This document shows positions 10,571 through 19,937 of a stretch of 20,000 nucleotides of DNA, in pieces; positions within the stretch are counted from its first letter, which is position 1, and each line of letters begins with the position of its first letter. The translations under genes and the position numbers were made by a program. The stretch lies in assembly GCA_049999805.1 (NCBI GenBank), contig JBNGIO010006255.1, positions 95,701 to 115,700 of the forward strand, in the 5' to 3' direction. The DNA is from Folioceros fuciformis. Its lineage: Eukaryota. The notes below the pieces were generated by a model. The model made no database searches. It saw only the letters and a list, made by a program, of their open reading frames with translations, and was not told the DNA's origin.

Positions 10571-11135
10571 ATGGGGAGCTTGGAGGCTGACTTTGTGTCT
10601 CTCATGCAATCGCATGCAAAGAGCAACCAGCTTACGAGGAGTCGAATCGGTTTGTGCAAGCTCGGACTAAACCTTTCTTTACTCGTGCTTGATCGAATCA
10701 AGCCCTTCCTGATTTTGAGTTTGCTGCTCCAGAGAAGGCGAAGAAGGAAGCGTTGGCAGGCGTGTCTGTGGTAGCGGACCTGTTCGTAGACAACGTGAAT
10801 GGAGGCGTGCAAGAGGTTTTCATTAACGAGAAACGCATTGAGCTGGAAGCTCGAGGTCTGAAGGAGACAGTACAGCGGTTTTCGCAGCAGTCTAAACAGT
10901 GGCTGACTCTCTTCCAGACGTTCGACTCGGCGCTCAAGGTGCAACACTCAATGCACTTCTCCTTGTTGGTGCCGTATGGTTTGTTCCTCATCTTCCTTGA
11001 GTGACGTTCCAGTTCTATGGTGTGGTTCAGGAGATAGGGGACTTCGAGAATTGGATCAAGGTGATGGAGTATGATTGTCAGAGCATTGGGGGTGCCCTGA
11101 CTCATATTGCTTCAAGAGGAGGCACCTCGAGATAA
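10571..11135 (+). CDS. BLOS1: BLOC-1 complex subunit 1 (GCN5L1 family), 129 aa
   Basis: Exons 10571-10649, 10733-10938 and 11031-11135. The protein reads VNGGVQEVFINEKRIELEAR...KQW...FDSALKEIGDFENWIKVMEYDC. Confidence 0.93.
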
Positions 11136-11299
11136 CCCTACTTCTGCCGATCTCAAAATCCGCAGTTGCACCAATTGTGAGCAGCTGTCGGGCCCATGAA
11201 GGTTCACTCAGTCGAGTATGACTTTGCTTTGCTGTTGTTGGTTGAGGAACATCTCCAAGGGAAAGGGACTCTATTGTAGAGGCCTGTTTTTACTGTCTT

Positions 11300-12207
11300 T
11301 CAGTCCATTCGTTCAACAGGAAGGTTCATCAATTCTCTAATTCCCTCCAAGACCTGTAAGAAAGGAACACGTCAGTTTAGCAACTGCTGAGGAATATCGC
11401 CAGGAAGTACCTAAATCATGCTGAACCGTAGAAAGAGCATACCAGCTTAATCTGGCCCTTTATGTTCCCTATCTGCTCCGTGCGTGCCTCAATCTGACTG
11501 GGCACAACAAAATTGCCGGTGTAAATAAACTGGAGTACAACTCAATGGCGTTCGACATCGTACCTTGGAAATGAACTGGAAGAAGGAAACCACCTCACCT
11601 GGAGAGGACCTTTTCCGTGACAGCTATGAACTGCAAGGCCTCTCTCAGGGTGAATTCCACATGGAAGCCAAGCCCAACGTCTACGAAAATACGTGATGTA
11701 TCTGGACTGCACACGATGAGGAGGCTTCCAGTCACACGAACCATTTCAAGTAGTTCACTATCTTCAGAATGGAAAAGCAGAGTTCTTCCTATCCCTGACT
11801 CCTTACACTTCAGCTTGGACATAAACCTCAGAGCCAAGATTGATCATAGTCCTGATGTTCTTTATCTTGTTTTGTTCCAGCACTTGGATGTTGTTTGCAA
11901 GATCAGAGCTGCAAGGCCGTGTCAAGCCACATGTTCAAAATGATATCCGCGAGGAGGGAGACCGGTGCAGTTGTGGATTTAGCGATCACTTACAAGACCC
12001 GCTGCTTCTCCAGCAATTTGTCCCTGAATGCATATGATGGGATATGAGAATTATGGCACCAGGTACTCCTGAACGCAGCTGGACACAGGACTCTAAAATT
12101 TTTCTAACTCACCTCTGGGCCACAGCGCGGACAAGATCAGGCTTCAGCCGTTTGTCCACAAATTGCTCATACTGCCGAACCTTGGAGGCTATGTTGACAC
12201 TCTCCAT
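11300..12207 (-). CDS. UXT: Prefoldin alpha-like protein UXT, 147 aa
   Basis: Exons 12207-12113, 12023-11994, 11908-11807, 11706-11599, 11497-11443 and 11353-11300. The protein reads KVRQYEQFVDKRLKPDL...TMINLGSEVYVQAEVPDTSRIFVDVGLGFHVEFT...IKGQIKLVLEGIRELM. Confidence 0.93.
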
Positions 12208-12232
12208 CGCAGCTGAAGGTAAGCTGAGTATC

Positions 12233-12590
12233 TAACCCTGAGCCTGAACCCGAGTTTGAGAAAGCTATTTCTCTGTGTACCTGCCTCCCTTGAGGTTTTT
12301 GAGAAGAAGCTGATGATTTAACCCTGGGGCTTAACCTGAGTTAGGCAAGCTAGGGCTTTGAGGACAGCCACCTTCGGGCTTTTCGGGAAGAAAGAGAATT
12401 CTAGTTCAGTCTAATTCTATCCGTCTTGGGACTCGGATGGTAGTCATAAGAAGAAGCGATTTAACCCTGGGGCTGAACTCGAGTCAGGCAAGCTAGGGCT
12501 TTATGGGCAGCCTCCTTAGGGCTTTTCAGGAAGAAGAAGAATTCTATTTCAGCCCAATCTTTTTCATCCTGGGATTGGGATTGGGCCATA
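12233..12590. repeat. Diverged tandem duplication (~145-bp unit, about 2.5 copies) forming the UXT/RPL29 bidirectional promoter
   Basis: Copies 12302-12448 and 12449-12590 share agaagaagc..ttaaccctggggct..gag..aggcaagctagggcttt..gggcttttc.ggaagaa..gaattcta. A more degenerate partial copy lies at 12233-12310. Site II motifs occur at 12551 (AGCCCA) and 12582 (TGGGCC). Confidence 0.85.
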
Positions 12591-12677
12591 CGAGTTATCG
12601 AGATATTCCAGCCTCATCGTCGCTCTCCCCGCAGCTCCGGTTTACGGCCAAGTTGCGGAGATAGGTTTTTGAGCGCC

Positions 12678-12869
12678 ATGGCCAAGTCGAAAAATCACAC
12701 GGCTCACAACCAGTCTTACAAGGCGCACAGGAATGGGATCAAGAAGCCAAAGAAGAACAAGTATATTTCGCGCAAGGGAATGGATCCCAAGTTCCTGCGC
12801 AACCAAAGATATGCGAAGAAGCACAATCGGGTTCCAGGTGCTGCTGCTGGGGACGATGTTGAAGAGTAG
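12678..12869 (+). CDS. RPL29: 60S ribosomal protein L29 (eL29), 63 aa, uninterrupted CDS
   Basis: [26 protein letters not shown]...[18 protein letters not shown] is the eL29 signature. Confidence 0.98.
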   Translation: MAKSKNHTAHNQSYKAHRNGIKKPKKNKYISRKGMDPKFLRNQRYAKKHNRVPGAAAGDDVEE

Positions 12870-12970
12870 TCTCTGCATTCGACTCTGGTGAGCAGCTGCG
12901 TTCCTTCCTTGCTGAGGCCTATCGCTGGTGGCGTTTGTCACACGTGGGATTGGAAGTGCGGGACCTTGTT

Positions 12971-13101
12971 TGGCAACTTTGCCGAGGCCTCTGTCCTGGC
13001 TTTTTCCAGGTCATGGATGATGTCTCTTTTTCCCTGTTGCCAAGATGAGGAGGTCTCTCTCGGTCGTCTGCTCTGTGTGTGCAGACGGTTGGAAGATATC
13101 C
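12971..13101 (+). ncRNA. Box H/ACA snoRNA (AUA tail variant), predicted guide for pseudouridylation of the 25S rRNA U in AGGGAAG-U-CGGCAAA
   Basis: Lower stem tggcaac (12971-77) pairs with gttgcca (13036-42). Pocket strands tttgcc (12978-83) and tttccct (13029-35) pair with 25S GGCAAA and AGGGAAG around an unpaired UC. H box AGATGA (13043-48) is 14 nt from the pocket top. A second hairpin spans 13057-13095, followed by ATA plus 3 nt. The rRNA sequence is recalled from the conserved plant LSU. Confidence 0.7.
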
Positions 13102-13337
13102 GGATTCGACCCCTGATGTCTGGGACCAAAATTATTTACTCCCTAGTGTGCTTTGTTGTGGTTTGCGGGCTGCACGTTTGCTGGTTAGAATTTTGTAGAT
13201 TTGTGCGTGACGACGTAATTTCAAATGTAAGGATGAATTTGAAGGACTGTGATTGATTTTCGTTTGTCTGCCTCCAAGTGCTGTGGTCTACCCTGGTTCT
13301 CTTGTGTCTGTTTGTGCCTTAGTATGCTGTCGGTCGA

Positions 13338-13416
13338 GCACGATGAGGACATCTGAACTGTATGGTTGAGAGTTAAGCTCGTTGATGTAACCATACCTCC
13401 TACTCATTCTGAGTGC
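13338..13416 (+). ncRNA. Box C/D snoRNA, predicted guide for 2'-O-methylation of the 25S rRNA A in AUG-A-GUAGGAGG
   Basis: Terminal stem gcac/gtgc. Box C is ACGATGA (13340-46). Box D' TTGA (13366-69) is followed by a gagt/gctc stem, a 3-nt bulge and the C' GATG. Box D is CTGA (13409-12). The 12-nt guide CCTCCTACTCAT (13396-407) is complementary to plant 25S ATGAGTAGGAGG. Confidence 0.82.
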
Positions 13417-13766
13417 ACGTCTTTTTATGGTGATATTAGGTCTAAACGTGTGGGCCTTACCGTTCAGACTTGCTCGCGTTGTGTGCTTATTTTGTTGATG
13501 GTGCCTGCAGGAACTAGGCGGGCGAAAGGTCTTCTTGGGATGTTGCGGCCATGGTGATTTTTAGTTTGACTTTGTGTCTGCTCCTCGCAGTTGGTGAGGA
13601 AACATGCTATTTTGGCGGTTTTGTCGGAGGCTCTCTAGTGTACAATCGGCAACAGTAATTTGTGCCTGATTGGTTTTTCCTGGCTACCCTTATCTACACA
13701 TTTGAATTCAATTGGATCCTCCGTTTCAAAGGTTCGCGTAAGAGGGACATACACCTCACTGGAATA

Positions 13767-15813
13767 TCACGGAGAAGTACCAGTAACTGTTCGGTGTCTT
13801 GGATCTGTCAACCGGGATTGAACATTTGTGAAACCAAGGTCTTGCATCGCTCTTGCCAGATCCAACTGGTAATACTCATCTGTCCACGGTTCTGTTGACT
13901 TCATGAGCGTGAAGAGAACTGGTGGCAACTCCTGCGCAGAAAACCATCGAGCTGGTTACTACACGTTTAACAGATAGCCTACTTCTTTCTATTACTGCAG
14001 CGTAAATGCAAAAAGCTTGAAACAGAAGCAGATCGAAATCTCAAACAACCTGTATGATCTTGGATTTGGGCTGGAAAACAAGACACAGAAACACAGCCGT
14101 GAGTGACATAGATCCAAAAGTTTCAAAGTAGATGCAGAAAAGGTTGAGCAGCTCTAGGGGGTTTGAGACTACTGAGGTCAGTGAGCCGAACGTACATCGA
14201 CCTCCGTTATTGCAACGGTGCCACCAGGTTTCAAAAGCCTTCGGGCTTCTGCAAGCAAATCTCGAGTTGCCGCAACAGGGCACTCATGGATCTGACTCGC
14301 ACATGCAAAACAGGAGCCCAGAATTAGGAACGCGCGGTCTTCACTGCACTTGTAAGATGCAGACTGTACGGGGACCTTTGCCCTTGTCACATACCACATA
14401 GGCGAAGGACACGATGTCGAAGCTGTCTGACGGAAGGCCTGTGCTTTCCCCTCTTGCATGTATCCATCGGATGGGCTGTTTCCTCGGCTCCTCCTTTGCA
14501 GCCTCTTGTTTGTCCAGGTACTGTGCAACAGCAACGAAATATGGGGACAGATCCACTCCCTGCCACAACAAGCCTTGTGTGAACTAGGACTCCTGTTTTG
14601 TTGCAGTGTGGCCAATATACAGAGCAGCATCAGCACACACCCCCCGAGCTTACTGTAACATGAGCAGAGGGAAACTTGTCAGCCAGGTATCTTGTCGAGC
14701 TGCCTGTGCCGCACCCGATGTCAAGGATTGAGGAAACTGCCCCTCCCGAGTACTGCACATGGTGATTGTATATGGTCTTGTACCAGCCTCCCCTGAGGAC
14801 GTCAATGGCCTCCTCCACCGTCTTGGCTGTCTTAATTGCCCGAACCATCATGCACAGGGTTGCTGGTTCCACCTCAGAGGCTGCCTGCAACCACAACCAT
14901 CCAGTAACTGGCCCCGTCATCCATCAGAGAAGGGTTGATGATTTCATGGGCTCCTGCCACTCACTCGTATGCATCCGTTGGTGACCCATCTCGGGAAAGC
15001 ACATGAAGGAACTGCCACACAGAAGTATAATATTGCCTGCTGAGTGTACCAGCCAGGAGAGATTGCCCTCGCCGTATGCATGAAACTCCTTCAAGTAGTC
15101 TGAAGAAACCACGCACGCAAAAGGACCTCAAAACATGTCTCAACACAAGCAACGGACTTGATGATAACAGAAGGGAAGATGAGCTTACAGTCAGGATACA
15201 CGAGGTTCTTGTTCTCAAGCCGTTCCTTCTCTTCGTGAACCTCCTTGGCCGACAATATGTCTGCAGACATTTTCTGCCAAGGAATGCCTCGCTGCTCCGC
15301 GGTGCTGCACCCATGCGCAACCAAGGAGCAGCCATTCAGCAAATTTCATTAGGAGAAACAAGAGCACACATCGATCGCCTTCTAGCACACGTCCAGGGCA
15401 GGCAAAGGATACGACCCGTCTTCCAGAATGAGCCTGAACCTGATAAGCACAAGTCGAGCCATGGGCTTCAGGAGGCTGAAGAGAGGCTTGAAGGAGATGA
15501 GGCCACTGACTATCTTCGAAAGAGGATCATCCCCAGCCCACCTCGGATGATCCAGCTCCCCGTACGCGTACTCCGGAAGCTCGTAGAGCTGCTCTCCCGA
15601 TGCTGTGCCGGCACTGGCACTTGATGCTACGCTGGTGCTGGCCACTTGCATTCGCGCAGCCACCGCATTTTGGCCATGCCTGCTTCCCAAGGTCCTAGGT
15701 CCCACCAGTCTCCTTCCCTGCACTGCGGATGAGGGAGAACCGTGGATGCTGGAAACTCTAGGGGATGGAACTCGAGCCCGGATGATGGAGCAGTTCCCCA
15801 CGACTGCTGCCAT
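13767..15813 (-). CDS. Class I SAM-dependent methyltransferase (type 11/25-like, cyanobacterial-type family), probably chloroplastic, 405 aa
   Basis: Exons 15813-15440, 15304-15189, 15099-15050, 14884-14654, 14559-14395, 14291-14196, 14070-14050 and 13931-13767. Motifs: YPDYYLKEFHAYGEGNLSW, ILDIGCGTGSST, GVDLSPYF, HECP, RLLKPGG and TLMKSTEPW. The N-terminus is a Ser/Arg-rich transit peptide. Confidence 0.92.
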
Positions 15814-15920
15814 GGCAGCGGAGTTCAAATGGCCGTACCAGCAAACGTTGAACTGGAGTTGAGCGAACAGGTATATCGACCATGGCGTGGTTAAGATCGG
15901 TCACTACATGTCCGTCTTAG

Positions 15921-17689
15921 ATGGCATGCAATCTCCTGGCTAAAAGCTTGTCGCTGGCGCATCCGGTTGGGAGGCTCAGGAGGTGGTCTGTTGTTCGTCC
16001 TAGCAGGGCGGCGAGCAGTCAGTCCATGGCAAGTCTATCGACTCAGGATGTTGCCCCGCGCAGGAGTGCACGGGCAGCAGGAGTGAAGGTGGCAGTTGGC
16101 CAGATGAGTGCTTGCTCGGACACGGACACCAATTACCAAACTTGTGCCCGCCTAGTTCATGTGAGATGTGAATCCGAGCGCTGGTACGTCATGCTGGTCG
16201 GAGGGTTGTGCTAATGGAGCAGAGGTGATGGGTGGCAGGGCAGGATGCCGTAGCACAAGGGGTGAAGCTGCTAAGTCTTCCGGAATGCTTCTCCTTCATC
16301 GGATCTAGGGAAGGGGAAGCCCTGACTGTTGCTGAGCCTCTGGATGGGCCGATCATGCAACGGTACCAAGCTCTTGCTAGGTGATCCCGAGCTGCCCACA
16401 GCCACCTTGCGTTCTGGGAGCAGGTACTATGTTGGTAAGCTCACTTGACGGTGGTGTTGTGTAAAACCTGCTGAGCAGAGAAGCTGGAATCTGGCTAGCT
16501 CTGGGTGGCTTTCAGGAAAAAGGGCCGGATAGCAGTCATCTTTTCAACACCCATGTTCTATTGGATAGTGCCGGGCGAGTCCAGTCGTGTTATCGCAAAA
16601 TTCATCTGTGAGTTCAGCTGAGCTGCTTCTACTTCGCTTCTCTGCTGTCAGAACCTTTCCAGCGTCCTGAGCGAATTGTGGTACTGTATTAGGTTTGACG
16701 TGGATGTGCCAGGAGGTCCAGTGCTGAAGGAAAGCAAGTCAACTGCACCAGGTCGAGGAGCAACCAATGCCATGCAGCTCAGAGATAGAAGAAGCTATTC
16801 TGGGATTCTTGCTGAATTGAATGCATTGTTGATGTCATGTTCAGGATCGGAGGTGGTCGCAATGGATAGCCCAGCAGGACGTCTGGGCCTCACCGTGTGC
16901 TACGATTTGAGATTTCCAGAACTGTACCAAAGACTGAGATTCGTAGAGCAGGCTCAGGTGATGGATCGCTGGCCAGCTTTTCTATAGTTGCGTTCCCTCG
17001 AGACGTCCGCGTTTCCTAACGCATGACTGCTAGCCTACACGTGGTGTGTGTACAGCTGTTGTTGGTGCCATCTGCGTTCACGAAGAAAACTGGGGAAGCT
17101 CACTGGGAGATCTTGCTCCGTGCTCGTGCAATCGAGACTCAGTGCTACGTAAGTGGGAGGCAAGGGTTTGAGGCGTGCCATGCTATGCTATGCTACACTA
17201 TCCAGGGCTGAAGTATTTAATGCTGAGGGATAACGCAGGTGCTGGCTGCCGCCCAAGCTGGGAAACACAACGATAACAGGGAAAGCTACGGCGATGCCAT
17301 GGTCATCGACCCATGGGGCACAGTGGTGGCCCGACTCCCAGGTCTGGGTCTTGCCACCTTTCTCGTACTTCCTCCCCAACCACCTCATCCACTCACCTCC
17401 AGGTGGGTTCCGAACGCTCGCAGACAGACTAGCCACCGGCATTGCTGTAGCCGAGATCGATCAGGAGGTCCTGGAGACCGTGAGGTTGCGAATGCCAATC
17501 CAGCAGGTGTGCTTTTTGTACCATGCTCCTGGTGCTGCCTTACAACTACATATGAATCCTGCAACAGTCACAGACGCTGCTGTGCTGACTCGCCTTGGTT
17601 GTCTATCCGCACAGCACCGTAGGTACGACGTGTACGCGACCGCCGTGGCTAGCGTGGAAGGCAGCAGCAGCAAAGTGTCCTCCCTGTGA
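15921..17689 (+). CDS. NLP2: Nitrilase-like protein 2 / Nit1 (deaminated glutathione amidase), 343 aa
   Basis: Exons 15921-16160, 16244-16380, 16479-16607, 16693-16751, 16845-16957, 17056-17148, 17239-17341, 17424-17506 and 17615-17689. Catalytic E-K-C contexts are LPECF, YRKIHLFD and VCYDLRFPE. Also present: [20 protein letters not shown] and [12 protein letters not shown]. Confidence 0.96.
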
Positions 17690-18505
17690 CTGCTGCCCAT
17701 TTCGAAAACCTGATGCAGGAAGCCATTCCCAAGAATCCTGCGGAGGAGAAGCCAGGCCCCACTTTACAAGATAAACACTAGTATACTTTCCAACGTCCAG
17801 GAGTGATGACATGGTGGCTTGCATAGGGAGCTGCACTTTTGCCCTCTCCACCGCACCTCACCTATGGCCTTCTGGTAGGAAACGGATTCCCGAGGTGGGC
17901 CACGTATCCCCCACCCCACGCAAGAAAACAAAAGCATTTACCGCTGCCCAAGCGCCCATATACAGTAGCGTTGAAGTGTGGATATCCCAATCCTGAATCT
18001 TCCTCTCTCGACTTGGACTTCCGTCCTGTAGATTCCGACGGGATGGACCACAAGTCCTCGTCTTGCACACAACCCCATCGGCTACACTTTTGTACTCCCC
18101 TTTCGAGTACCAAGTTTGTGAAAAGCAAGGGCAGAAGGGAGTAGGTAAAAAAAAAAAAAGGCACGGAGTATGTGAGGGCGATTTAATCGAGCCCATGAGG
18201 CACGGCTATTGGGCAGGCCGACAGAGAGGCAGGCTCCACCTCTTGGGCAACCAATCCAAGCTGGCAGAAAGTATAGCGGGCGGGGGGTGGCGAGCGCTTG
18301 ACCACAGCAGCAGGTTGACCCCAAGGTGCGTGCGTGCGATGGTTGATGAAGCAGGCCGCGGTGCGGAAAAGGTGGAGCCGGCCCACCAAGTGTCTTGTTG
18401 TTGGTTATCGTCTACGGTCACCCTGGGCTCCACAGTCCACACCCCGGAACCGGATAGATGGATCGATAGAAGAAGCATGACATCCGTCCACACAGATCCA
18501 GAATG

Positions 18506-19791
18506 TGTCCAGTCCAGAGCAGTGCAGTGCAGTCCAGTGCAGTGCAGTTTAGTCCCTGCTTACCAAGCTGTGAGCTTCCGGGAATGAAGCAATCGGTTGA
18601 ACAAGGTTGAGAGAACTGTGTTAGGGTGTGTCCTTTTCCCTGTCGCGTGCCCCGTGCCCCGTGCTTTGTGCCTTGTGCCTCGCACAAAATTGAATGGAGG
18701 TGTGACTAAGAATCTCTGCTTTTGTCGCCCGCCAAGGTCGGTCCTGCCTGGCTTGGGCTGGGCTGGGCTGGCCTGGCCTGGCCTCTTTTTGACTGCTCCT
18801 TCTCTCTCCGTTTCGGTTTGGTTGCCCTTTTCCTGCTGGTCGTTGGCTCGTTCCTTCCTTCCATCCTTTCTAGTTGCTTCTCCTTCCTCGTCCCGTGTCC
18901 TTTCTCTCACTGCCTCTGCAGAGCACTGCAGTGCAGCCCAGTGCAGTGGTGACCGATCTGGATCTGGATCTGAGAGACGCATCTGATGGCAGTCCGGGAG
19001 CAGGAAGCGTCACGCTAGCCGTCCCTTCCGCTCACGTCCACTCAGCATCGAGCTGGTTCGCTGTAGCCTCCGCGTCTGGAATAGTAGCAGCCTCGAATAC
19101 CACTGGGCACCCGCTTTCGGTTGCCACAGCGAAATAAAGAAAGAAGCTAGGTGCTTGGCCGCGGGTTAGGCGGATCATCGGAGCCACCTTCGGCGCCGCG
19201 ACACACGCCACCGCGCGCACCGCGGCTCCAAGCCTCTGGGAGCGGCCTCATCACACGCTGGCCCTGCCCTGCCTTGCCCTGCCCGGCCCTGCCCTCCCGG
19301 ACCCGCCGCTCCATAGCCCTGCTTTGCTCGCGGAGGAGGAGGAGAGACGCCACTCCCTCGGGGCAAGGGTAACGGGGAGCCCTAAACCCCTACCCCCTCC
19401 GTTCCGTTTTGTTCCGTCGGGGAGAGAGAGAGAGACGAGTGTCAGAAGCTGGTGTGCTGTGGAGTTAGGAAGTTGAATAACGCTCATGAATCCCAACGGC
19501 TAGAAAGCGGGCCACCGCAGTGGACGAGGTTCCGTTGACCGTGTGGCCGGACCCGACCCGGCAAGACAAGGCAAGGCAAGCCCCGGCCTGGCCTGGCCGT
19601 CCCGTTCCGTGATTCCCACCGTGTACGGCGCCCGTTCTGAAAAGCAGCAGCGTTTCACGACTTGGTTTAAAGGAGCCAAATGGCAGCGAGGAGTCCGAGA
19701 TTCCGACAAAGCGAGCAGGTGGGAGCGTGTTATTGGATCCAGCTTACTTTCCTTAGCCCGCAACGCGGCCCGGCCCGGCCCGGCCCGGCCC
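18506..19791. repeat. Cluster of short pentamer microsatellites in a non-coding GC-rich region
   Basis: (GTGCA/GTCCA)n 18506-18548, (GGCTG/GGCCT)n 18746-18785, (GCCCT)n 19261-19295, (GGCAA)n/(GGCCT)n 19560-19598 and (CGGCC)5 19766-19791. Also (GATCTG)3 at 18955-18972 and (GA)n at about 19422-19435. Confidence 0.8.
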
Positions 19792-19830
19792 AAACCGAAA
19801 TGAGGCCGACGATGCCATGCCCTATTGCGT

Positions 19831-19937
19831 GTGGCCCCTTGTTCTGATACTGCTCCCCGTCACATCGGTGGCCCCCGCGGCCCTAGGCAGGGTGGAATTC
19901 TAATTTGCGATCCTCCTGGTGGGCCCCGCTGGGTCCC
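19831..19937. promoter_or_regulatory. Cluster of TCP-type motifs
   Basis: GTGGCCCC at 19831 and 19868, GTGGGCCCC at 19919 and TGGGTCCC at 19930. The first three match the TCP consensus GTGGNCCC/GTGGGNCC; the fourth lacks the leading G. Confidence 0.35.

Larger units (their letters stand above)
12888..13510 (+). other. RPL29 3'-UTR intron (snoRNA host); probable second UTR intron at 13529-13590
   Basis: Donor G|GTGAGC lies 18 nt after the stop and acceptor TGCAG| is at 13510. The second acceptor, ctcctcgcag| at 13590, has an upstream TTGAC branch-like motif. The interior is U-rich. Confidence 0.65.

Noticed and set aside
13006-13123. Alternative reading as a box C/D snoRNA (TGGATGA ... CTGA with a ccagg/tctgg stem)
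   Set aside because: There is no convincing guide target or C' box. The overlapping H/ACA model explains the hairpins, the H-box spacing and an rRNA target.
12888-13256. 122-aa ORF downstream of RPL29, plus the many antisense ORFs over annotated genes
   Set aside because: The 122-aa ORF starts at the GTG of a splice donor and overlaps the snoRNA. The antisense ORFs are shadows of the real CDSs.
13207-13272. Possible third snoRNA (box C-like GTGACGA, ATGA, GTGATT)
   Set aside because: No terminal CTGA box D, no terminal stem and no clear rRNA complementarity. At best it is a decayed copy.
18580-18600. GGGAATGAAGC resembles the complement of the miR165/166 3' half
   Set aside because: The seed half does not match and there is no precursor hairpin or valid target-mimic bulge.
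19380-19389. CCCTAAACCC as a telomerase RNA template
   Set aside because: No USE/TATA type-3 promoter upstream, no recognisable pseudoknot, and a T4 run shortly downstream. It is more likely a telo-box-like word.
19855-19900. GTCACATCG resembling the snRNA USE (RTCCCACATCG)
   Set aside because: The match is imperfect, with no correctly spaced TATA box and no snRNA sequence following.
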